NCBI GenBank assembly: GCA_964016885.1
Contig: OZ024740.1
Span: 85,994,001 to 86,058,000, forward strand
Source: Eledone cirrhosa
Lineage: Eukaryota
Length of the DNA: 64,000 nt
Direction: 5' to 3'
Part shown: one piece after another, positions 45,555-58,441 of the stretch
How positions within the stretch are numbered: the first letter of the stretch is position 1
Layout: the number at the start of each line of letters is the position of its first letter
Position numbers and translations under genes: made by a program
Notes under the pieces: model-generated
Databases searched by the model: none
What the model was told of the DNA's origin: nothing
What the model saw: the letters and a program-made list of their open reading frames with translations, nothing else

Positions 45555-47505
45555 ATATATTTGTGATGTATTATTAGGACAATGGGATTGATGAGTTAAT
45601 ATCTGTATACAACAACTACAACGGTACACGATGGGGCCCACCCACAACCCCGGCGGACAGAATGGAGAAGGCGTTTCCCCGGAGAACGGCAAGGGAGGCG
45701 CGCTGGAAAAGCCACTCCAACTGGCGGGGCTCACACCTGCGGCTGGCCAGCTCAGCGCCTATGGTGGTGAGTAAGGAGGTAGCCCTGGGGCCGAGGACAC
45801 TAGAAGTCTCCACTGCCAGTGGTACGACCGCAAACCTGTCAGAGAGCGACCGGTATTTGAGGAGTTTGGCCACCTCAGCCCGACGTGCAACAGAACCTGG
45901 GTCAGTCGCAGACTGCACCAGGTTGCGGCTGCAGAAAGTGTCGGTGCAAGTGGCATCCCAGATGTGGGGTTTGCCACCGCGGAACGGGAAGATGGTCATG
46001 CCATCTGTCCTTTTGCCGTCCCCTCGAGGGTATAACCGTATCAGCAGCAAGGAGCATGCTCGGGGCTTCATATGACAGGTAGTCCAGCGGGTAGGCAGAT
46101 AGGGCTCGGCTGAGGCAGGCCTTGAGCAGATGATCCCGGCGTAAAGAGTTGAAGGCATTCCTCATGTCAAGCTTGACAATGAGGTGCCTGGAGTCCCTGA
46201 ATGCGCGTTCCGATGGGCAGCTGTTGAAGAACTGCCTGGTTACATGAGCGGCCCCCTCACAGCCACCGGACACGCCGACACCCAGTTGCACCGGACTAAA
46301 CTCCTCACCCAGTTCGTTTGTTACGGACTTGCAGATCACCTTGGCAGCCAGCCTCCGAAAGACATTGCCCACAGCAATGGGGCATATGCCACCCTCTTTC
46401 TTCCTGAGAGCGGTGAGGCTGGCCGAAAAAAAGAAGCGTCGGGCGTAAGGGTCCAGGGCACCATGGATGAGCCTATTGGTGAGCGCCACAATTGCATTCA
46501 GAAGGCGGCGCCCGGCCTCAGTGGAGAGGAGGGTGTCAACTCCTTGAGGTGGCCTGGTCGGAGACCATCAACACCTCCGCAGCTGCTAGCTGGGAAGGAC
46601 CTGATGGCGGACATGATGTCTGAATCAGTAGCCACAAGGAGCAAGTGGAGGTCGGGTGGGGGTATGGGTCTGAGATAAGTGGGTGGCTCAGGGTGTTTGA
46701 GCCGCAGAGCAGCCAGGACCTCCTCGGTGGGTTGGAGGACAGTGTCCTCTGAGGCAACAACTCTGACTGCGGCCGAGACATCACCCATGATAAACATGGC
46801 GTTTACCTGGTCACGCAAACGCTTGGCGCTGGTCTCGGGGCTGGAGGATAGGGGTTACCGGAGGGTGGGATGTGTGGCGTCCCTGGGCACGCTTGGATAG
46901 GGCGCCCGCCCAAAGGACGAGACATTGGCCTTGACGAAGGCTGCTGTTGACCGGCCGCCCCGGTCAGCGCTAGAGCTGGAGAGGCCGAGGGCGAGTGGGG
47001 AGAAATAGAACAGCCGCTCCCAGTCACTGGCTCGATTGGAGTCCAGGGCGCTCTCAATCGAGGAAGCGAAGGCATCGGCTACCGGCACCCGTGCCGCTCT
47101 CAGGATCCTGAGTGGGATCTTCCGGAGACGCCTGAGCCGAGCGATGTTGACCAGCGAGGCTCGGGCGTCAGGCAAGCTCGCTGTCCCATCCGGTGGTGTG
47201 GCAGACGGCCGTGGCTGGGAAGACGTGGGGAAGAGGCAGCTCCTGCACCTCCACGCTGCGAGGGCATTGGAAGCTCGACGAGTCAAGCCAACGCAGGTGA
47301 GGTGGTGGAAGCAGCCGCACCCCAAACAGTTCCGGCCCCTGTTCCGTTTGTTAGTGGTGCTGCAAGTGCTGCAGGTGTCGGCTTGGAGGGGTGGGGGATG
47401 GGGCGTGGGGCCGGGGACTGGGGCACCGAGCAGCATCAGGGGTGGGTGGCTGGCGTGTGTGGGTGGAAGAGAAAGTGCTGGTAAGAGGGCCTCATAGCTC
47501 ACCTA
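45555..47505 (-). mobile_element. CRE-clade-like non-LTR retrotransposon (PHD-RT-RLE), internally deleted, GC-rich
   Basis: GGVDGLRPGHL, PIAVGNVFRRL, QLGVG..GGCE, KLDMRNAFNS; RLE RGDGKRTDG..WDATC..K..KY..PLAVET..RGNA; N-terminal C4HC3. Confidence 0.88.
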
Positions 47506-48121
47506 TATATATGGAGGTGCCAGAAAACAAGAGAGAACTGAACCGTCGTGTCATTTAACTTGAAAAGTGGAGCAAAGTAAAAGAATAGTGAATTTGGAGT
47601 GTCAATACCTTGTGTTTTTTTTTTTCGTTTGCTCTACCCAAACTTACAGTTTTCCAGGATTTATAGACTCATTTGTGTTTATTTTTCCTTCCAAAGGTTG
47701 GAGGCGTTTTATCCCCTCTTGGCAGAAACTCTTTGGAAATTTGGCTGCTGTTTTAAGACGATTATTCCATCTCCAAGAGGACTTTACCAGATCTTCCCAA
47801 CTATCATGTATAGTGATCGGCTATTACCAGAGTAATTTGTGTTGAGACGATTTTCAAATTTTAAATTTCCCCGATGTTTCTGGCACTAAGCGGATCTTTT
47901 TATACATGCAGCCCCCCCCCCCCACACACACACACCCCGCCGAGGGGATAAAATTAATATGAAGTAGTGTACTTATGCGCAGAGAAACTGTAAAATACCT
48001 TATCAAATAGGGTGATGACGTAGTAGTTCAAGGCGCTTAAGTGGTATCTGGGGGACACGGAGTTCGTTTCACCTTATTTTATAAGCTAATTTATAACATC
48101 TCCGCGCATTAGCACACCAGA

Positions 48122-48861
<740 letters not shown>

Positions 48862-49224
48862 TCGGATCTAGCTGTCGAAACGGCTGGAGTTCAGCCGTCG
48901 GGGTCGTAACTCTTTTCATATTACCCACTCTACTACCCTAAGTATCGAGTACTCTGGTGCGTTTTAGACCACCTGGTTTCTTACCACACTTTCTTTGTTT
49001 TGCAAGAAATTTCAACATGAATGGACCTGTTATTTTTATCTAAAGACATTTTTTTGTAATTCCAACCCGCCCGTCCCCTCAATCTATCTTATTTCTCATT
49101 CTTTCTTCTGATGAAGGACTAGCGTCCGAAACGTTAAGACCCTCTTCCTGCTATATCAAGCGTTAACCTAATATATCCCTTCCATATTCTGCACCGATTG
49201 TGTTGTTATTTCTGTTTACCTTTT

Positions 49225-49274
<50 letters not shown>

Positions 49275-49662
49275 ACACACACATATGTATATATATATAA
49301 AGGTTCTTGGCACTACCACTGTTACTATCGCTTTCCTCTAGTCATGGGACATGGAGACCTGAGCCCAATGCTACTATTCTATTGTACATCGATGTGGGAC
49401 TGCTCTTTCTAATAACCATTTTTTCACTATCTTATTAATTTGTGTTTGAAACACGTTGGCTGGGTGCTTTTAACGAGAGCGAAAATATTTGTTTTCTAAT
49501 CTCCTGCCACCACGTAAAGTTTGTAAATCAGTGGCTGGTCTGGGGACAGAGTTGTATCAGATTCCAGTTGCTAATCACTTTACTGTGTCAGCCGTCACAA
49601 ACAGTCATAGCCGGCATGGACGTGGGTTTGGATTCTGTCGATCGATTGATTATTGATTAGGC

Positions 49663-49780
49663 GTTACCCGCTGATGAAGCCACATGCGCCGATTATGCAT
49701 TGTTGTATAATATATGAAGACAGAGGGTGCAGTGCACCCTACTGCTGCATTAAGTGTGGCCGAAACTCGAGTCTGGTAAC
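49663..49780 (+). ncRNA. Type I hammerhead with a ~70-nt insertion in stem II
   Basis: GTTACCCG-CTGATGA-A-GCCACA...TGTGGC-C-GAAAC TCGA GTC-TGGTAAC. Confidence 0.75.
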
Positions 49781-50039
49781 TACTATAAGCACCCGTTTTA
49801 CGTGTGTTGTATTGAAGCGAATAACTATGTGTATACTCAGGGAATGTATCCTACATTACAAATTGAATACGCTGAGAAACAACCGGTACTGGTATTGATA
49901 AATATGCTGGGTCCATCAACTCCTTATATATATAAATATATATATTGTTACACTTGGGGAGGGTCATATTGTTGTAATAATATTGCCAGAAGTATATATA
50001 TATATATTTATTTATTTATTCTTCATTGTGTTTAAATTC

Positions 50040-50920
50040 ATCAGAATACGTACTTAAGTTTGTTCTTATTCTGGTAAGCATTTTCGTTTGTATTTATTAC
50101 ATTAATATACTTTGTCAGGGTCATCTCGTTTAATACTCCAGCGGTAGTCTGCCATCATATGTCTATTCCAACGCCCCAAATAAAGCACTTCCATCGTCAT
50201 GAGGCTTTGATAGAAGCGCTCTCGCTCTTCGTCACTTACAGCTCCAAGGTTCTCTGGTAAACGATGAAGGTGACTATTCAGGAAATGAAGCTTGACCACT
50301 CATGTTGCATCCAACATCGCGAAAAGCCAACGGTATTTTAGTAAGTCGAATTGCAGAGGGAATATTTGGAAAGGAGATCTGTCGGTCTTTTCTTGCCAAC
50401 ACATTTAGTGTTAACCAGGCAAAATAGCAGTCAGTTATGTGGTTCTTTGGTTGTCACCAAATCATAGAGACCCTCAAATGGTAGACCTTTTTGTTTTTCT
50501 TTTGTCCACTCACGAAGATTTTCTCCGCAATTATGACACACTATATGTGGAGACCACTTCTTGTCTTGGTCAACAAGATGAACGTCGTAATAGGCTTTAA
50601 AGACACGTCTCACAAACTTTGTTATATTATGCCTTTCATGAAAAAGTGTGTAGCAGTCATATATATGACAAAATGCATTTGGGTCATTTATACATTTATG
50701 TTTACTTGAAAAAGACACCATTAGATCTGAAACAAAAAAGGAAAACTTATATGACTATAAACATACCAGTTTCTGAAAAATCGTATATTTCAAATTGCCT
50801 GAAAACTAGGGCATGCAACCGAAAACCGATTTTAAATTTAAAATCAGTTGAAAAATCCCATGTAACACAATTTGATGAGCCCATTTTTTTTTCAAGAATA
50901 CTCTATTCTGTTCAGCAGTG
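50040..50920 (-). mobile_element. Second Chapaev3-type element, internally deleted
   Basis: 5' end CACTGCTGAACAG; N-terminal CINDPNAFC..DQDKKWSPHIVCHNC..W joined to C-terminal LHFLNSHL..NLGAVSDE.RERF..MMADY. Confidence 0.8.
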
Positions 50921-51313
50921 CCGCGGGGCGGCAGCGCCCGGGCCTCCATTCGCTCCTAATAGGGAGAGCGGGAGTGACGAAGGCAGTGACGGTGAGAGTT
51001 TGGTTCTTTTGTGTTCGGACATTGTGTACATGTTTATGGACAAGTGACCAGTGAGACACATGAATGATAAAATGTAAAATGTAGTTAATAGTTTTCATCT
51101 GTTTTTGAATGGCTAATACTATTTTTTACATTTGTATATAGCACTACAATATACTTGTGGCCTATCATAAAATCTTGGTATATTAGTATAACACTTTTTA
51201 CAGTTGGAAATTGTCTTGACATTTCGGACAGTAATTCTTAATGAGTAAATAGACAAATAAAGACGGAAGAATATATCTGAAAAGAAACAACAGGTTGCTG
51301 CTAGTCATCCAGG

Positions 51314-51429
<116 letters not shown>

Positions 51430-52099
51430 GAGAGTGTTGTAGTTTGCTTGAAGCATTGTGGAATATGAAAGTAAGTTGTGTTTAAGAAGCCACTACAGTA
51501 CATATGTAGGCAACAAAGTCAGATGAAGAAATGGAGGGGTGTGGTTAAAAAGAGAAGTTGAAGAGAAAAAGAAAAGGAAAGACACAGAGATAATGTTAAC
51601 TTTGAAAAATTTATTGATCCTTTTATTTCGGATGTACCAGAATTTGTGTATGTGTGTGTGCACGTGTGTGTGTATGTGCATGTAGTGAACATATTGGAAA
51701 GTATTCATCAACAGTAAATCGAGATTAAAACGTATATAGGGATATTCATCTTTTCAAAGATATATTAGATATGGTATATTAGATAATAAGAAATTGCATC
51801 ACTAATATCTATATAAGTGAAAACTGTTTGAAATGATCGTATCTGAGGATTACAAAAAACAGATACCATGGAAATACGCATTTAAGTAATGAAATGAATA
51901 TGGTGAAATAATAATCTACGGCCGTGTAATACATTATTATACTAACAACCTGTCGTACACACACCTACGTGATAACATCATAACTTGGAAGCTATTTTCA
52001 GTCGAGAGATTAATCCTGCTTACAAAAGAGTTGATCAATACCTGTAACCGGAAAATTAATAACAGATTAATTAACACGAAATAACCATTATATATATAT

Positions 52100-52190
<91 letters not shown>

Positions 52191-52776
52191 ATCTAGATAT
52201 AAATAGATATTTATATAAAATGTATGTATATTAGATGCACTCTGGCTCCATACCAACAATCAGCGCAATTGTACAGTTGTGACTCTGAAGAAATAATTTG
52301 GTATATTTTATTTATTTTCTCTTCATATTTATAATTGTTATATAGCTCTGATTAATTGCTTATTTATGTAATTCTCTCAGTCATTGAGCTGGTAAAGGTA
52401 GAACACCAAATATATATATATTTATATTTATGTATCTATATGTAAATATAACTTATCAATTTGTCAAAATTGAGTTGAGTAAAAATAAGGCGGAAACTGA
52501 CTGCAAATATGTCACTCGCCAACCGTCCTCACTTTGATAATTGTCCCTCCCGAAATTATTCTCTGGAAGCGGTCAGTTCAGGAAATATTCTTTTCATTGT
52601 GATGTCCCTTGACAAGCCGATAACCTCACGGTCCCAGTGTACTTCAGATGTACTCTGGCTGCATACCAATGGGTGAAACTGTACAGTTGGGACTTTGTAG
52701 AAAAAAAATTAAGTATATTTTTGTCTATTTGCTCTTCACACATATAATTATATAATTATATATATATTGTAAATTC

Positions 52777-52832
<56 letters not shown>

Positions 52833-53133
52833 CATACATACATACCTTACCTTCCACAATCCCTGATCGGACTATAATTTTCTTGCCTCCTCTTCCCTCC
52901 ACCCACTCCCTACACACTATCATACCTTTGCCATCCCGGACCCGTACACCACTCCCACCCCTTCATTTTCACATTTTTAAAAATTCTGATGTATATAATT
53001 TTTAATTCTGTTTTTATTTATTTTCGTTTTCAACTTTATTTTTATTTCTATTTTTCCAATCCATTCGTGTTAACTTGCCTCCTTACTACCCTCCTTACTA
53101 CCCTCCTCACTCCCTCTTGAAATTCGTACCTGC

Positions 53134-53169
53134 TTTCCTGATGAAGAACTTATGTCCGAAACGTCGTAA
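53134..53169 (+). ncRNA. Degenerate minimal hammerhead
   Basis: CTGATGAAGAAC TTAT GTCC GAAACGTC; same family as 49104. Confidence 0.55.
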
Positions 53170-53270
53170 CCTCCCCCACTCTCTCCAATCGTGAAGCTAA
53201 CAACACTATGTTTCACTGACTCCTGCGTTTGTTTGGTCTATTGAACTATACACACACACACACACACACA

Positions 53271-53446
<176 letters not shown>

Positions 53447-53451
53447 TATAT

Positions 53452-55590
53452 ATATTTATTAAAATAACAGATTAAAGTTTAAGCAAAGAATCGCTGCTTT
53501 CACCCTTAACGGGATCTTCTGAAACTAATAAAGTCAAACTGTAAACGCAGAACTGGATATTTCAAAAAACGTTGCAACCGGAGGAAGACAGGAAGACGAT
53601 ACTTTGGTTCGTGGAAACGTTCGCTGGCAAAGAACGGGAAAAAACGAATAATACGTCATTAATAGGAGCGGTGAAAAACAATTACGCGCAAAGACAGAAC
53701 CACGTTTATGGTATAAAAGAGGTCGTAGACTAATGTTCTCTTAGGTGGTGCATAGAGACGCTCTCTGGCAATGAACGAAAAAACGAAGATAATACGTCAT
53801 ATGTGGAGCTTGGAGAACAATAGCACGCAAAGACACAACCACGTAAATTGTATAGCAGAAGTCGTAGACTAAAATTCTAACTAGGAGACCAAATGAATCT
53901 CCGCTACAGAGTTAAGAACAAAGTAAATAAATACAAAACAGAAGTAATAGAAATAAATAAATACATACACGCAAACAAATACGTACATACACAAGCATAC
54001 GCAAAAAACTTACCATAGGTATACAAAACCACGCACATATAAATATGTGTGTGTGTGTGTATGCGTGTATACAAATAAATAAATAATTATATAAACGTAT
54101 ATAAATAAATAAATACGTATATAACAAGCGCACACACATACCTACATATAAATACACGAATGTTCGGAGACGTAAGTCAACTAAAACAAGAAGTACACAT
54201 ATACACACACCCACCATACTTACGAACCTGCATACTCACACAGACGCAAAACTCCGGTATACACATAGCCATACCCTATGTACCAGAATATAAGATTATA
54301 CGCCAATCAAATATACGTACGAGAAGGTATACGTACCTTCACAAAACCTACGGGTAATATATACTTACCTATGCCAATAAGTAAAGGAATAAACAAAACA
54401 TATACTTAGCTCCCACATCAAGACGTAAAATATCCACGTATAGATCGTACTATCCGTTAGGGTATAACGTGGGGCTGTAATACAGGAAAGTTTTGTGCAA
54501 TTTATGTTTACAAGCCGAAATTGCCTCAGATTTTTTGTTTAAGATGTGGTCTGTGGCGTAGAGTATTTCCAGGGCCTCAGCGGCGCAGAGGCCACATGGT
54601 CTTTTATTTCCGTTATACGATGTAGCCCTAGCTAGGATCTCCCAGTGTAACTTATATTGGGTGTGGTTGTCCTTTAGACTCCAGAAATAAGCTGAAAGTG
54701 ACGTCATATTCCTTCTTAGAGGGTAACGAAAAGAATGGGTATGCATGTAAAGACGCTGCTTGAATATATTGGCGGTTAACCCTATGTAGGCCCTACGGGA
54801 CGTGGGTGTTACAACCTTACATTTGTAGACAATGTTTACTAGAGAGGCATTTCCCGGAGAGGGGGCAATCAGCCCGATTCCTACAATTACAGTTAGTACT
54901 AACTACAGGGTTGCACGTGTTCCTACGGCTAGGTAGTTTAGCTAAATTTGAAGCTGTGATGTTATGTGCAAGGTTAGGAGTCGTAGAGTAAGAAATTTTA
55001 ATAGTATTTCTATTAAAAATTTTACTATATTTATGTGTAAGGGGAAAATGCTTCGTAATAAGGGAAAGAAAGATCTTAGCTAATGGTGTGGCCACCTCCA
55101 TATTATATGGTGGGTTATACCAACAAATGCGACGGGATCTATTTCTTCTAGGTCTATTTTCGTACTCTGTATATGCTACCTTATCGACAAATACACTTCG
55201 AGCAAGAGCTTCATCGTAATAAGTGGAATGGTCGTTGAAAATACGCTCGTTGGTGGAAAGACGGGAAAACCTCAACGAAACGTTTCTTACCAGGTTCTTG
55301 GTTATGCTGGCAGGATGGTTGGAATGTTTACTTATGTAATTATGCGTATAATTCGGCTTTCTATACGGGTAATACAACCCATTCAATAAATTGAGGGTAA
55401 CGTCAAGGTAATTAACGACCGAGAGATTGGCCTCAACCTGTATAGAAAGGGTGAAAGCAGCGATTCTTTGCTTAAACTTTAATCTGTTATTTTAATAAAT
55501 ATTTGCTCTACGCTTCTTATATATTTGATATATACTTATCCTTATCGAGCCCTCTTTGGATTTTAGTCTTCAAATTTATTATTATTACTA
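53452..55590 (-). mobile_element. Penelope-like (Neptune-type) element, 5'-truncated, with short inverted pLTR end
   Basis: VNYLDVTL, SNHP, WYNPPY, CNCRNRADCPL, ILNKKSE (55446->54450, one frameshift); inverted repeat ~53455-53507 / 55447-55500; tail 55497-55590 also present at 18352-18450. Confidence 0.88.
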
Positions 55591-55604
55591 TATATATATA
55601 TATA

Positions 55605-57380
55605 AATTTATCCCGGGTTCAATCGGGGGTAACCACAGTAAGTAAGGTACTCAATAAATAGCAGAGTAAAAATATTTAATATAGAAATGGCTTATACAGG
55701 ACTAGAACTGTTTCATTCGGGAGAAATCATCAGGAACCCGACTGTCCAAGTAATATGGTGGTATTTATCTTGCTATTCGTTTTGAAACCGAACTTCTCAT
55801 CATTGGTAGATGCTACATCAAGGTGGTCGAAGAAGAAGACTCTCCATCAAATACGCTTAATGAACTCGTCTGTACGTCTGATGAGTGTTTTTAAGTTTTG
55901 TTTCCTTGAAGGGATCAGGATGTTCTTCATGGAGAAGTCAAGGTCGAATTTGGACAGTATGGTTTCTTGGTGATGGTTAAGAGGAGCACAGTGAGTGTTA
56001 AAAGATAAGTTTATCCCGGGTTCAATCGGGAGTAGCCATAGTAAGTAAGGTACTCAATACAAAACAGAGTATTAATATTTAATAGATTCCCGGACTTCCA
56101 CACGGGAATATACCGCGACTATGACCTGACCCTATCGAGCCATAAAACTGGTCACGACCTCGACCGGTTTAAAAAAGATTTAACTTCTACTTTTAATGAG
56201 TTAGGACTTAGGATAACGGTAGCTACAAACCTCTCTAGCGTAGATTTCTTAGACATTAATTTAGACCTTCACACGCATACCTTCAGACCCTTCCATAAGC
56301 TAAACGAAAAACTTAATTACATACACAAGACTCATGCCACGCTCCTACTGTTTTTAGAAACTTCGTAAATAATATCAGTACTAGAATCTCTAACCTCTCC
56401 TCTAATAAGGCTATCTGTGACAGAGCGGTACCCTACTATAACACGGCGTTAGCTAACAGCGGCTTCACGCAACCAATTACTTACTCCCCCACTAGCAACA
56501 ACAGCAATAAGATAGGAAATCGTAACACTAGACAAACTATATGGTTCTCTCCTCCCTTCTCACTCAACGTCAAAACTATGTAGGAAAACCTTTTTTAGCC
56601 CTCTTAGATAGACACTTTCCCATAGGTCACAAATACCGCTCCATCTTTAACAGACACAGAGTAAAGCTAGGATACTCCTGCGGTAAGAATATGACGGCCC
56701 ACATCACCAACAGTCCTAAGAGCGGCACCCCACCAGGATGCTCTTGCCGAAAGCCTGAAGCTTGTCCCATTCAACAGCAATGCAATACACCAACTGTAGA
56801 TTATGAAGCTGTGGTCACTTCCAACCGGCCAAATCAACCACAGGAGGTCAAATCCTATGTGGGTATGGCGGAGGGCCGATTTAAGGAACGTTTCCTGAAC
56901 CATCAGTCGACCTTAAGGTACCCGGACAAACGATCATGCATGAAGCTCGTGAGCCACGTATGGTTCCTCAAAGACTCATGTATACATTACACCATTCAAT
57001 GGAAAGCTATCACTAAGTCCAAGCCATACGCAATGGGCAATCTGTGTTGTGGAAATTACGCAATAGCGATTGCCTAAATTCAAGAATTGAAATCTTCTCA
57101 CGTTGTCCACATATCTGGAAACACCGCTCGCATAACTACAAAGCTCCGGATTGAATAACAACAACATTCTAATTTTCTTATCAACTCGAATATTTTATTC
57201 CGGACATTCGCAGTTATCTCCCTTACACCGTTCGCCCGTGGTTTTGTATCGCTTGGGTGAAGTGAAAAACAATTGTTCTCGGATTGGTGAATTAACTGTT
57301 GTGTTACTACTTCTACCAAACTCGTCCCACGGACTGAGTGCGCTACCACTACGGATATTACCTTCCAGTGTTCTACCTAT
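55605..57380. mobile_element. Penelope-like composite: minus-strand tandem pLTR containing the ORF N-terminus (55605-56085) joined to a plus-strand decayed RT-GIY-YIG body (56085-57380)
   Basis: Direct repeat 55605-55680 / 56008-56082; minus strand FSMKNILIPS..WRVFFF; plus strand GIYRDY, VDFLDI, CSCRKPEACPI, YVG. Confidence 0.8.
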
Positions 57381-57400
57381 CCCCCCCCTCTCTCTCTCTC

Positions 57401-57455
<55 letters not shown>

Positions 57456-57474
57456 GGGGGAGGATATATATATG

Positions 57475-57506
<32 letters not shown>

Positions 57507-57508
57507 TG

Positions 57509-57567
<59 letters not shown>

Positions 57568-57825
57568 GTTTTATCAGAGTGGTAACATTTCGGTTTTGTC
57601 CGGTTTGAATGACCTGGGAACTGTTGAATCCGTATGGAAAATAATATTCAATGAATCCCAATGAAAAAACATGTATTTAGCTGACCCGATTCAGTTTCTG
57701 CTGGTTTAGGTCGCACATATGGATAACCGCACATGGTGCAGCGTTGCTATACTCCAGTGGGACACACGAATAGTCATCAAATATTTAAATTGAATAAAAC
57801 TGAAAAAAAAAAAAAATATATATAT

Positions 57826-58018
57826 AACGAAGGAAGTGTGGTAAGGAACCAGATGGAACATAACGCATCAGAGTACTCAGTAGTTGGGGTCGTAGAGTGG
57901 GTAATAGGAAAATATTTAACCCCGACGGCAGAGCTCAAGCCGTTTCGATGACTATTTCTGGTCCTGAAATAGCCTTTGAAACGGCTTGAGCTCTGCCGTC
58001 GGGGTTAAACATTATTTT

Positions 58019-58022
<4 letters not shown>
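57826..58022. mobile_element. Short fold-back of the pLTR end family seen at 28860-28993
   Basis: cccgacggcagagctcaagccgtttc and its reverse complement ~30 nt apart; TA-rich flanks. Confidence 0.75.
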
Positions 58023-58103
<81 letters not shown>

Positions 58104-58441
58104 CAATTATTGTATAGGCAACAAAATATTTGTTCTTTGAAATAATGCATTTTGATTTCTAATTTGATTAAAGCCTCTTGGCTTAAATTATTTCCAGTGT
58201 TTCAACCGTACATTGCTTTAAGTTATTTTGTGTTTCTAGTACGTTCGTGTACTTTTTACAATATTCCATTAGATCAAAAGTTATAAGATGTAAGGAATAT
58301 AAACACTTAATTATTCTTATTACTTTCACCCATTTCTACTGTAAATTTGAATTTGTATTTGAATACTTCACACACACACACACACATATACACACCCATA
58401 CACACACACATATACACACCCATACACACACACATATATAT

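Noticed and set aside
47508-47885. GTGCCAGAAA inverted repeat and a FCQEGIKRL mariner-like peptide
   Set aside because: Too short and too degenerate to call
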